Of a stretch of 64,000 nucleotides of DNA, positions 39,943-48,198 are shown piece by piece. The DNA comes from a virus. The notes beneath the pieces were generated by a model. That model made no database searches, had not been told where the DNA came from, and saw only the letters and a program-made list of their open reading frames with translations. Within the stretch, counting starts at the first letter, position 1. Each line of letters begins with the position of its first letter. The position numbers were made by a program, and so were the translations under genes. The DNA lies in IMG/VR virus record IMGVR_UViG_3300009130_000014, positions 25,607 to 89,606 of that record, one strand, 5' to 3'.

Positions 39943-40500
39943 TTAATTCCATTTAATTTCTTCTTTATAATGCTCTTTAACCCAAGCATCTATCTTAGAC
40001 CACATTCCGATTTTTCCTTTAATTGTGGTAAAAGGTCTAAATTCTGATAATAATTCTATTACAGATACTTGATTTGTTATAACAAGTATTTTATTATTTT
40101 CTGTAATTTTTAATAATAAATTATCAGTAAAAGGTTCCCATTCTTTATGAGAATCAAAATCATTCCAAGTTAAGTACCTAGGAAAGAACATTATACCTTG
40201 TTCTACAAGCCAATCGTAGTTATTTTTACATATTAAATTTAAATCTAATCCATCACATACTTGACGTTCAATGTAACTCAAGTGGATAGGATCAAACTGT
40301 ATAGTATCTACTATAATCAAAACCTTAATATCTGATATATTTGATTTTTTATAAACATCAAAGTAATTAGGAGGATAAAATCCTCCTATGATACTTTTCT
40401 TATATTCATTTATATTTTTAGATATATCTTTAATATAAGGTTTTTTAAATTCCTCTTCTAAAATAGAAGCCCAAGAACCTGCTATCTTATCTAGTTTCAT
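39943..40500 (-). CDS. Degenerate family-1 uracil-DNA glycosylase-like protein
   Basis: UNG landmarks 'SW..ILEEEF.KPY', 'YPP', 'DIKVLII', 'W..QG', 'SH..WEPFTD' are present; GQDPY and HPSP are absent. Confidence 0.65.
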   Translation of the reverse strand: MKLDKIAGSWASILEEEFKKPYIKDISKNINEYKKSIIGGFYPPNYFDVYKKSNISDIKVLIIVDTIQFDPIHLSYIERQVCDGLDLNLICKNNYDWLVEQGIMFFPRYLTWNDFDSHKEWEPFTDNLLLKITENNKILVITNQVSVIELLSEFRPFTTIKGKIGMWSKIDAWVKEHYKEEIKWN

Positions 40501-40754
40501 TTACTATTAATAACTCTATAGACAGTCCTTTGAGATACTCCATATTTATCAATTAATTGACTAATATTTAATTTAGCAGAATCTTTCTTTAATGCTTTCT
40601 TTTGATCGTCTGAAAGAAAGACTTTCCCTGCAACTGTATTAGCTTTAATCTTTTTATCTTTTTTAGGACTTTTATTTAATAGTTCAATAACAGTGTCTAA
40701 TTTTTCATGCAATTCTTTTACACGTTCTTCTAACGATTTGATTTTCTTTTTCAT
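40497..40754 (-). CDS. Small coiled-coil + HTH DNA-binding protein
   Basis: 'NISQLIDKYGVSQRTVYRVI'. Confidence 0.65.
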   Translation of the reverse strand: MKKKIKSLEERVKELHEKLDTVIELLNKSPKKDKKIKANTVAGKVFLSDDQKKALKKDSAKLNISQLIDKYGVSQRTVYRVINSK

Positions 40755-40779
40755 TATACTAAATATTTTAATTCTTATG

Positions 40780-41862
40780 TTACTCTATCTCTTTACGTAA
40801 TTGAACAAACCCTCTGAAGTTACCTGACCAGCCTTTACTATTATCACTTATCATCAAATCAAAGTCTTCACAAGAAAAAGGCACATAGCCTTGTATACTC
40901 GTTTCAAACTCATCTTCAGTCATTGCACGACTTACATGCTCAAACGGACTGTAGTGACCTTCTTTAAGCAATCTATCATAAAGCTTAATATCAGCTTCAT
41001 AATCATCTTTACCTTCAAAGTTTAGATAAGATACTCTAGCACATCTAGCTGTGGCTATTTTTACTTTGGCTTTCTCTACCCACTCTTGTTTAGGTTGTCC
41101 TATCATTTTAGATTGAGAAGTTAAAGCGATATACCTAACTTTTTCTTCATCAAACCTATCCCCAAAAGGAATATGCCACTCACCTGCTTTCAACTGTTTA
41201 GGAGTAGATTCATTCATAGCATCCCACATAGCTTCAGCTAGTAGAGAGATATGGATTTCTCCTTGTCCTTTGTTAACTTTGAGCCAGTCTAAGTCAGTCC
41301 AATCCTTGTAGTTATCAGCACTATCTGGCAACGGTACAAGCTTCAAGAAGTCTTTTCTTGACTTATACACATGAGGGTCTGGATAACCAGACTCAAACGT
41401 ATACTGAGGACATCTCAACTCAAACCAATTGGAATATTCGGTGGCAGTTACAATAGATGTATACCATTGATAAGGTTCTAGGATACGGTTAACTAATTGT
41501 TTAGTAAGAGCAGGTTCTTTAAGCATAGCTTTTGCGTTAACAATAGTATCTCTTATAGAATCTTTCCAAGCACACTCAAAACCATAAATATCTTCTTTGT
41601 CTGTAAAATACTCTGTACCCTGCATACCACTATGAGCTTTCTGCCATGCTACTGGAATAAAAGGATCTTCTTCTATGTTTTTAATCATCTTAGAAGCAGG
41701 TATAGCTCTACTACTAGCTGCATTTCTAGAAAACATTCTATGAGTAAGTAACTCAGCATGAATGAATCTAGGATATGTAAGCACAAAAGATGTAATTCTA
41801 TTTCCGTTTTCATTAATACTGTCGGCAATAATGCGAGCAGCTATTTTCTTTTTCTCATCCAT
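40780..41862 (-). CDS. thyX: Flavin-dependent thymidylate synthase
   Basis: 'RFIHAELLTHRMFSRNAASSRAIP', 'KQLVNRILEP', 'ARCARVSY', 'GHYSPFEH'. Confidence 0.9.
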   Translation of the reverse strand: MDEKKKIAARIIADSINENGNRITSFVLTYPRFIHAELLTHRMFSRNAASSRAIPASKMIKNIEEDPFIPVAWQKAHSGMQGTEYFTDKEDIYGFECAWKDSIRDTIVNAKAMLKEPALTKQLVNRILEPYQWYTSIVTATEYSNWFELRCPQYTFESGYPDPHVYKSRKDFLKLVPLPDSADNYKDWTDLDWLKVNKGQGEIHISLLAEAMWDAMNESTPKQLKAGEWHIPFGDRFDEEKVRYIALTSQSKMIGQPKQEWVEKAKVKIATARCARVSYLNFEGKDDYEADIKLYDRLLKEGHYSPFEHVSRAMTEDEFETSIQGYVPFSCEDFDLMISDNSKGWSGNFRGFVQLRKEIE

Positions 41863-41864
41863 AA

Positions 41865-42047
41865 TTATTTATCTTTAATGTTAATATAACCTATAACAAC
41901 TCCTGTTCCTGTGAATGCTCCTACTGTATAGACTATTTCAGCTTTTCCTATAGGTTCCCAGTTACAAGTACACATCTTATATATACACCTACATTCTCCG
42001 AAAATACAAAGTGCCCATATTATAGCTACTATTATTCCTAATTTCAT
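41865..42047 (-). CDS. Small membrane protein
   Basis: Two hydrophobic segments; 60 aa. Confidence 0.5.
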   Translation of the reverse strand: MKLGIIVAIIWALCIFGECRCIYKMCTCNWEPIGKAEIVYTVGAFTGTGVVIGYINIKDK

Positions 42048-42454
42048 TCTTCTGTTTTATTTATAAATTGAACTCCACATTTAGTACACGTGCATTCTTT
42101 TTCTAAAACTAACTCTCCTGTATGGAGGAGTTTAGCATTTTGAGTAACCTCGTTACTACCACATGCTTTGCACACTACGTCTTTCTCGTTAAAAGACTTA
42201 GAATACCCTCTATATACAGATTCTATAGCATCTTCCAATGCATCTCCTAGTTTCTGAGCTTCTGTTAATTCTTCACCTTGTAAAGGACCAAACAATATCC
42301 TGAGTCTTTCGTCTAAAAACTCTGTAAAGTTATTTGTATATCTTTTTATTGCACTTTTATAGACATCCGGGTACTCCTTAGTCTCCTCAACTCTATTGGT
42401 AAGAGCTGCTATAACTAAAGAGTTAAACCTTAGTCTTATTTTATTTTCTTTCAT
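42044..42454 (-). CDS. Hypothetical protein with C-terminal Zn ribbon
   Basis: CKAC...CTKC. Confidence 0.5.
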   Translation of the reverse strand: MKENKIRLRFNSLVIAALTNRVEETKEYPDVYKSAIKRYTNNFTEFLDERLRILFGPLQGEELTEAQKLGDALEDAIESVYRGYSKSFNEKDVVCKACGSNEVTQNAKLLHTGELVLEKECTCTKCGVQFINKTEE

Positions 42455-42472
42455 TATACTAATTTTAATTCT

Positions 42473-42706
42473 TTAACTTTTTTCTATTTCTTTTAACAAA
42501 GTCTTTCCAGTGATATTTAAAGAATGTCTTTTAATATTCCAACCTTCAAATGATACATTTACTAAAGGAGACCACCTACTTGACCAAACACGCCCTTCTT
42601 TATCAGTGTCTTTTATCCAATTGTAAATATTTATACACTCTTGAGCATCTTTTTTGTACTCAGGCTCTTTTAATTGTCTTTTTAAATGATTCATTAATTT
42701 GCCCAT
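42473..42706 (-). CDS. Hypothetical protein
   Basis: 77 aa; coupled to the kinase gene. Confidence 0.45.
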   Translation of the reverse strand: MGKLMNHLKRQLKEPEYKKDAQECINIYNWIKDTDKEGRVWSSRWSPLVNVSFEGWNIKRHSLNITGKTLLKEIEKS

Positions 42707-43977
42707 TACACTAAATTTAATTGTTTAACTTTTTCTACTAAAGAAGGTATGTCTGAATTATTATCAATAACATAATCAAATTTATAATCGTCTAAAGCTG
42801 TTTCTGAAGCATGTTGAGGATCTTTAAACAAAGATAATTCAGAAGGTAATACTTGTGCTTCTGCCATACAATCTTGTTGTATTATCCATGCTTCTTCATT
42901 GTTTATACTTCTTATTTTGTATACTCCAGAAGAAAATCCTTCAGGATCATCCCAATAAACTATATCATCTATTTTGAGTCTATTAACCCTAATAACAATA
43001 CCACCTCTATCTTTAATAGCTTTAGCTTCATTATGGAATCTGACATCTGTCACCAGCCAAGATGGATATACTATATTAGTTTCATTTTCTTTTAGATATA
43101 AATTTTCTCTTTCTAAATAAGCTTCTTCATAAGCTTCAGACGCTTGTTCAGCAGTATCAAAATAACCTAAAAACTTTCTTTTTTTATTAATTTGAATACT
43201 AGCTCTCCACCCATGTTTATCTTTAGAAACTCCTCTATATCCAGAACTATTATCTTTTCTAGTTTTAGTATTAATGCTTTGTACGGAGTATGTAACTACT
43301 CTACAATTATTTGGAGAATAAATACCATCATTATTAATTCTATCAATAGTTAAATTATCATTATATCCTTTAGACTTTGCCCAACTAATAAAACTTTCAA
43401 TAGAATTACTCCACTCATCACACATTTTAATACCTCTTCCTCCATAATCATTATATCTAGGATGCTTTGGATTATTACATCTTTGTTTAATATTATGGTA
43501 AGCTCTCCATATTTTAGTGTTTTTATAACCATGTTGCAATCTATTGTCTTTATAAATATTGCTTGTAGTTATATCAGTTAAAGGTTTATAATCAGCAAAT
43601 AAAGCATTTACCCAAACATCTTCACCAAAAATCTCTTTTTGTTTTTCAGCAAACTCTACGTATTGGGGTCTTATCTTTTCTTTATCTTCTCTAGATAATT
43701 TATGATAATTAATACCTGTAATTAACTCAAAAGCTTTAGTAGTTTTATCTGCATATTTTTTTATTTGGTAAGATTGATTATTTAACCATTCTGAATCCCC
43801 AAATCCTTCAATATGGTTGTTTTTTAAAAAATATTCACAAGTTTGTCTTTCATTTAAATCTTTAAATTTTAAGTAGTCTAAATACTGCAATATCTTACCT
43901 ACAGTATCTTTACCTGAACCTATCTTCCCACTGATTCCAATGAGATTGATAGGGTGCTTTTTATTTGTTTTTGTCAT
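42706..43977 (-). CDS. Deoxynucleoside monophosphate kinase with in-frame HNH-AP2 insertion
   Basis: Kinase motifs 'IGISGKIGSGKDT', 'YAD', 'VWVNALF', 'VTDVRF.NE', 'VIRVNR', 'HASETALD..FDYVIDN'; insert contains 'RC.NP...YGGRGI.MC.EW', 'TIDRINND..Y.P.NCR', 'NSSGYRGV', 'FLGYFDT.EQA..AY'. Confidence 0.85.
   Translation of the reverse strand: MTKTNKKHPINLIGISGKIGSGKDTVGKILQYLDYLKFKDLNERQTCEYFLKNNHIEGFGDSEWLNNQSYQIKKYADKTTKAFELITGINYHKLSREDKEKIRPQYVEFAEKQKEIFGEDVWVNALFADYKPLTDITTSNIYKDNRLQHGYKNTKIWRAYHNIKQRCNNPKHPRYNDYGGRGIKMCDEWSNSIESFISWAKSKGYNDNLTIDRINNDGIYSPNNCRVVTYSVQSINTKTRKDNSSGYRGVSKDKHGWRASIQINKKRKFLGYFDTAEQASEAYEEAYLERENLYLKENETNIVYPSWLVTDVRFHNEAKAIKDRGGIVIRVNRLKIDDIVYWDDPEGFSSGVYKIRSINNEEAWIIQQDCMAEAQVLPSELSLFKDPQHASETALDDYKFDYVIDNNSDIPSLVEKVKQLNLV
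43069..43581 (-). mobile_element. HNH-AP2 homing-endonuclease-like domain inserted in frame in the dNMP kinase (approximate limits)
   Basis: About aa 133-303 of the kinase ORF; no intein or intron signatures. Confidence 0.6.
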
Positions 43978-44005
43978 GTTTATATTTTTCCTTTATTCGA
44001 AAGGG

Positions 44006-44257
44006 TTATTCGTTACTCTCGGGTTTTACATATATCATCTTATCTGCATTTTCAGGCATTATGTATCTAAGCCAGCTTACTCCCTCAAGAGCTATTTTAA
44101 TTCTACAATCAGTAAAAGCTACTACTACACCATTATACAATTTATTAGCGTAGGATTCAATGCATACAACCTTTTGTCCTAATTCAATAATAACTCCGTT
44201 CATGTCTTTGGGAGTAATTGATTCACCACGTACTTTAAATACTTTAGTCTTTTTCAT
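44006..44257 (-). CDS. Hypothetical SH3-like small protein
   Basis: 'KDMNG..IELGQKVV...GVVVAF' YorP/KOW-like pattern. Confidence 0.5.
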   Translation of the reverse strand: MKKTKVFKVRGESITPKDMNGVIIELGQKVVCIESYANKLYNGVVVAFTDCRIKIALEGVSWLRYIMPENADKMIYVKPESNE

Positions 44258-45233
44258 ATTCTAATTCGATTATATTATTCTTTTCTTCTTTCCACGTAAC
44301 CCAGTCGTTAGACCTTGTACATATCTTTATTCTATTGAATAAGTCATTTGCTTCTAAACTACCTTTTTCTAACCATTCTTCAGATACACTAAACACCTTA
44401 GTTTCGAATAGACCTGTGGTCTCTACTACTACCATGTAGATATTTATATCCCATCCCACAAGACTTTGATCTTGTTCTTTGTTCATATACTCTATAATAG
44501 CACTTTTATACCAAGCCATTTGTCTATAATATCTCCAATACTCAAAAGAGCCAGGGAATTTAGAAACGGGCTTACTTGTAGTCTTAAGATCAATAATCTC
44601 TACTGCTTTCTTTTCAGGTAATACTCTAACTCTATCTAGTAGTGCTTTACATAATAAGTCATCGTTCTTCCAAGTTATAGCCAATTCGTTATAAGCTAAA
44701 TCCCCAAAATCTTCTCCTACTGTAAATAACAATTTATAAGCTACAGGGTTAGATCTTAAACTAGATATGCAATTTTCAACTATTTCTTTTTGACTAGAAG
44801 TAAGAACTAATTTATCTCCATTGGATATAATAAGATAAATAAAGTAATCTACAGCGTCATTAAATTTAGCTAGTACTTTTTCTTCATCTTTAATATTTTT
44901 ATATCTATCTCCTCTTAGAGAAAGAACCTTACTATTAAAGAACTCGCTTCCTATGTTATATTCTTCCCATTCGTGTGAGTCAAATACTTCTTCGGCCCAG
45001 CTTGCTAACATATCTGCAGGTTTATTCACATCTGCTACTATAAAGTCTTCAGGACTTTCGACGTACAAATGTACTAACTTACCATTTTCTAAAGAAGGAG
45101 TACTTTCTTCCTCTCCTTCTCTGTCAATAATAAACTTCTTATATCTAGCCGGACTCCCACCTTGTTCGGGATTTATATGACTCATTCCCGAGTTTGATAT
45201 AGCAGGAACGCTATAATAATCTTTTGTTTTCAT
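44244..45233 (-). CDS. PD-(D/E)XK exonuclease (RecE/DUF3799-like)
   Basis: 'AISNS', 'G.LVH', 'KALLDR', 'IIDLKTT', 'YYRQMAWY'. Confidence 0.8.
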   Translation of the reverse strand: MKTKDYYSVPAISNSGMSHINPEQGGSPARYKKFIIDREGEEESTPSLENGKLVHLYVESPEDFIVADVNKPADMLASWAEEVFDSHEWEEYNIGSEFFNSKVLSLRGDRYKNIKDEEKVLAKFNDAVDYFIYLIISNGDKLVLTSSQKEIVENCISSLRSNPVAYKLLFTVGEDFGDLAYNELAITWKNDDLLCKALLDRVRVLPEKKAVEIIDLKTTSKPVSKFPGSFEYWRYYRQMAWYKSAIIEYMNKEQDQSLVGWDINIYMVVVETTGLFETKVFSVSEEWLEKGSLEANDLFNRIKICTRSNDWVTWKEEKNNIIELEYEKD

Positions 45234-45438
45234 TTATTTTTTCTTTTAGTTTTGTACATGATTTACATTCAGGGTCTTTACAGATTAATAAATCTGTAGA
45301 AGTCCTTACTATAAATCCGTTTGTTTTACATTTAGAATAAAATGTATATTCATTTAAAGACATTTCGGAAAACATTGACTTTATGTCTTTTTCTCGCATT
45401 GCTTTAACATTATATTTATTAATTGATAAATCTAACAT
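45211..45438 (-). CDS. Hypothetical Cys-containing protein
   Basis: 75 aa; C..., CKDPECKSC. Confidence 0.4.
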   Translation of the reverse strand: MLDLSINKYNVKAMREKDIKSMFSEMSLNEYTFYSKCKTNGFIVRTSTDLLICKDPECKSCTKLKEKINENKRLL

Positions 45439-45455
45439 TTTTCTCCTGATTGAAT

Positions 45456-45490
45456 AAAAAGGCCTGATTCCTTATTGAAACCAGACCTTT
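45456..45490 (-). terminator. Intrinsic terminator-like hairpin
   Basis: - strand AAAGGTCTGGTTTC-AATAAG-GAATCAGGCCTTTTTATT. Confidence 0.55.
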
Positions 45491-45503
45491 CTGAACATTA
45501 TAC

Positions 45504-45536
45504 AAAAGCGTCATATCCCCCCCACGGATATCGCCT
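45504..45536 (-). terminator. Second hairpin upstream (tandem terminator-like)
   Basis: - strand AGGCG-ATATCC-(GTGGGGG)-GGATAT-GA-CGCTTTTG. Confidence 0.4.
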
Positions 45537-45549
45537 GTTATAAATGTTT

Positions 45550-45729
45550 TTATAACCTTACTAATGATTTTACATTATCCCAAAGTATAGTTTCATATTT
45601 ATTATCACCATATAATTGAATATAACTTGGAGTTAAAATAGAAACTACACCTATTTTAACAGAATCTTCACCGATACTGTTTGTAAAATGTATTTTTACT
45701 TTCTTATTAATTATTGTTGATTGCGACAT
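45550..45729 (-). CDS. Small beta-barrel-like hypothetical protein (start probably MSQST at 45729)
   Basis: ATG after an A-rich stretch near the end of the MazG gene; the listed longer start would overlap MazG by 83 nt. Confidence 0.45.
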   Translation of the reverse strand: MSQSTIINKKVKIHFTNSIGEDSVKIGVVSILTPSYIQLYGDNKYETILWDNVKSLVRL

Positions 45730-46264
45730 TTTCTTTTTCTTTATTTCTGTTACTTGGAAGAGCTTGATTATTATCAAAACTATTCCCATGTCTTATTTCT
45801 AGCTTTTTTATATTAGATGTAATAATATCCTGGATTAACCATCCTTCACTATTTATAAGTTTAGAAAGTGACTTGAGGAGAAATTCAATACTCATCTCAA
45901 ATTCATAAGAATCTAATGAGCTCGAAAGAATGACAGGTAATGTTTTAGTCATTTCTTTGATTTCTCTAAGTTCGTTAGCAAAAGTTTCATCTGGATCTTC
46001 GTCTATTTCATGAAGTCTTACATTAAATCCTCCATTATAAGAAGCTGCTTTTGTTAAATAATAGAGCAAATCTCCAAATTCTTCTTTAAGCCCTGTTTTT
46101 ATCTCACCTTCTTTAGGTCTTCCATATCCAAAATGCTTTTTATACCATCCGGCTATTTCTCCTATTTCTTCTACAATAGCAAATCGTATATGGGTAAGCT
46201 CCCAAGCACTATCGTCATCTTTCCAGGTTTTATTTACTTCCTTGAGATATTCTTTGAAATTCAT
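45707..46264 (-). CDS. MazG-like NTP pyrophosphohydrolase
   Basis: 'EEIGEIAG..KK', 'EEFGDLLYYL', 'NIKKL..R'. Confidence 0.8.
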   Translation of the reverse strand: MNFKEYLKEVNKTWKDDDSAWELTHIRFAIVEEIGEIAGWYKKHFGYGRPKEGEIKTGLKEEFGDLLYYLTKAASYNGGFNVRLHEIDEDPDETFANELREIKEMTKTLPVILSSSLDSYEFEMSIEFLLKSLSKLINSEGWLIQDIITSNIKKLEIRHGNSFDNNQALPSNRNKEKENVAINNN

Positions 46265-46949
46265 ATTTACACTTTTTTAATTCTTCTTTAAATTCTTTAT
46301 TATCTAATATTCTTTTATCTGTTTCGCTCTCTATAGTAAATATTAATTTCCTATCTTCATCATTTTCAACAGGTATAAACTTAGGAACAGGTGCCTGAGT
46401 AACAAAAATAATGTTATCATCAGGTATTATTTTCTTACATCTTTCATTTCCTTGTTTATCAGAATTACCTGTTAAACAATCTTGAAATGCTTTTATATAA
46501 GGCCAGGCCCTATTGTCTATATCCCATAAAGACTTACTACTAACTTCTTTTATTGTATCATGAATTTCCATATTTATTTTTATAGGAAACTTAGATAAAT
46601 CAATAGGGTCTAATTTATTAATGTATTCTTTAAATTGATTTTTAATTTCAGTAAGAACTTTATTCCTTACATGAGAACTGACTTCTCCATTATAAATCTT
46701 TTGCCCATTAATAGTAACGAATTTAGGTGTTCCTGCTGCTTTAGGATTAGCTATAACTACTTCATTCTTTTCAATATCTACTAATAAGGTTTTCCCTTTA
46801 ATTACTTGCCATTTATATTTAGAAGGATCTGCATACTTCTTTGCTATTGGCTCTTTTTTACCTTTTTCGTAGTATTTTTTATTTCTAGAATTACTTAGTT
46901 TAACTTTTCTAATATATTTTGGTATTTCTATAGTTATGAGTTTTTCCAT
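46230..46949 (-). CDS. RusA-like Holliday junction resolvase
   Basis: 'DIDN....IKAFQDCL...IIPDDN' RusA catalytic pattern. Confidence 0.6.
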   Translation of the reverse strand: MEKLITIEIPKYIRKVKLSNSRNKKYYEKGKKEPIAKKYADPSKYKWQVIKGKTLLVDIEKNEVVIANPKAAGTPKFVTINGQKIYNGEVSSHVRNKVLTEIKNQFKEYINKLDPIDLSKFPIKINMEIHDTIKEVSSKSLWDIDNRAWPYIKAFQDCLTGNSDKQGNERCKKIIPDDNIIFVTQAPVPKFIPVENDEDRKLIFTIESETDKRILDNKEFKEELKKCKYEFQRISQGSK

Positions 46950-46954
46950 AATAA

Positions 46955-46980
46955 ATGAAAGAAGGGGTCCTAGACCCCTA
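46955..46980 (-). terminator. Intrinsic terminator after rIIB
   Basis: - strand AGGGGTC-TAG-GACCCCT followed by TCTTTCATTT. Confidence 0.6.
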
Positions 46981-46985
46981 TCTCC

Positions 46986-48179
46986 CTAAAGTGATTTTAA
47001 TTCGTTAATTTCTTTAGTTCTTTCGTCATTATCTTTTTCATAACCTTCAAGAATTTCTTTTGTAATCTTAGCCCAAGCTTTGTCTCCTTGCTTAGCGTAA
47101 TCGCTAGAATGATAGATATTATGATCCAAAGCTACCAAGCTACCATATACATAGTATTCTAATACTCTAATAGCCTTATCTCCTGCATAATCAGGAATAG
47201 CTCCTATATTCATAGGATTAACAAAACAAGTATGGATATCAGATCCTCCCCAGTTAGCTATATAGCTTAAACCTCCTAAATGCAATCCTTTCTCACATGA
47301 AGCATGATCGTTTATATTCACATAAGACCAATCCGGTAATCTATGAGTACATCCTATTTTAATAAAATGTCCTGGCTCTGTATAACCATTTGGACCTTCA
47401 CAATAGAAAGCATCTCCGTTAAATCCTTGTATGTAAGGTATAAAGATTCTATCTTCGGCCTTAGTAGCCTCTCTCTCATCTGTTTCAGATAATATAGTTC
47501 CTGTGTCAGGACAGAAAGTTTTCTTAGTTTTATACCTAGGAACTTTTACAATATTACCGTCTTCGCCTTCTTCATATTTATCTAAATATTCATTAGAGGT
47601 TTTATAACAAGCAAGTAAGCCTTCTTGTGTAATCTTAACTTCATAAGTTTTAGATTTTTCAGTAGCTTGTTCTTCTCCTAGACCTTGCTCCATATATTCT
47701 TCAACTTTTTTAGGATCAACGTAAGTCATAGTAATATACTCACAGTATCTTCTGAAGAATTCTTGAGCTACTGGTCCCCCCATCATCATCTTAGGATTCT
47801 TTAATAGCCATTTAAGATTTTTAATCAGTGGATCTACAGAAATTCCTTTATCCATAGATTGTTTCATATAATCTACAATAATACTAGGTAAAGGAAGACT
47901 ATAAAGAGTTGTATCATTTAACTTTAAATAGTACTCTTTAGTATAAATTTCGTAAGTTAATTCAGGATGAAAAGCTTCTACCTTTTCTTTTAAATTTTCT
48001 TTACTTAACTCTTCTACTTTTTCTAAAAGATCATTTAATTCTTCCATTGTAGAAACTTGCATAGATTCTTCTGAAATTTTAATTAAATTTTCAAATTTCT
48101 CTTTAGAATATAACAAGTTATACTCTTTGTCTCTACACGATACAGAGATATTATCTCCAATTTGATTTACGATTATCAT
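46986..48179 (-). CDS. rIIB: rIIB-like protein
   Basis: 'ITQEG...CYK', 'SCEKGLH', 'VNP.NIGAIPDY', 'RVLEY.V'; directly downstream of rIIA. Confidence 0.75.
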   Translation of the reverse strand: MIIVNQIGDNISVSCRDKEYNLLYSKEKFENLIKISEESMQVSTMEELNDLLEKVEELSKENLKEKVEAFHPELTYEIYTKEYYLKLNDTTLYSLPLPSIIVDYMKQSMDKGISVDPLIKNLKWLLKNPKMMMGGPVAQEFFRRYCEYITMTYVDPKKVEEYMEQGLGEEQATEKSKTYEVKITQEGLLACYKTSNEYLDKYEEGEDGNIVKVPRYKTKKTFCPDTGTILSETDEREATKAEDRIFIPYIQGFNGDAFYCEGPNGYTEPGHFIKIGCTHRLPDWSYVNINDHASCEKGLHLGGLSYIANWGGSDIHTCFVNPMNIGAIPDYAGDKAIRVLEYYVYGSLVALDHNIYHSSDYAKQGDKAWAKITKEILEGYEKDNDERTKEINELKSL

Positions 48180-48198
48180 ATTTATTAGTTATTGTTTA

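Noticed and set aside
43069-43581. Intein in the dNMP kinase
   Set aside because: No N-terminal C/S block, no terminal HN followed by C/S/T, and no space for a HINT domain.
45504-45536. Fluoride riboswitch (GGCGAT...TGACGC resemblance)
   Set aside because: Too short, folds as a simple hairpin, lacks the pseudoknot and has no relevant downstream gene.
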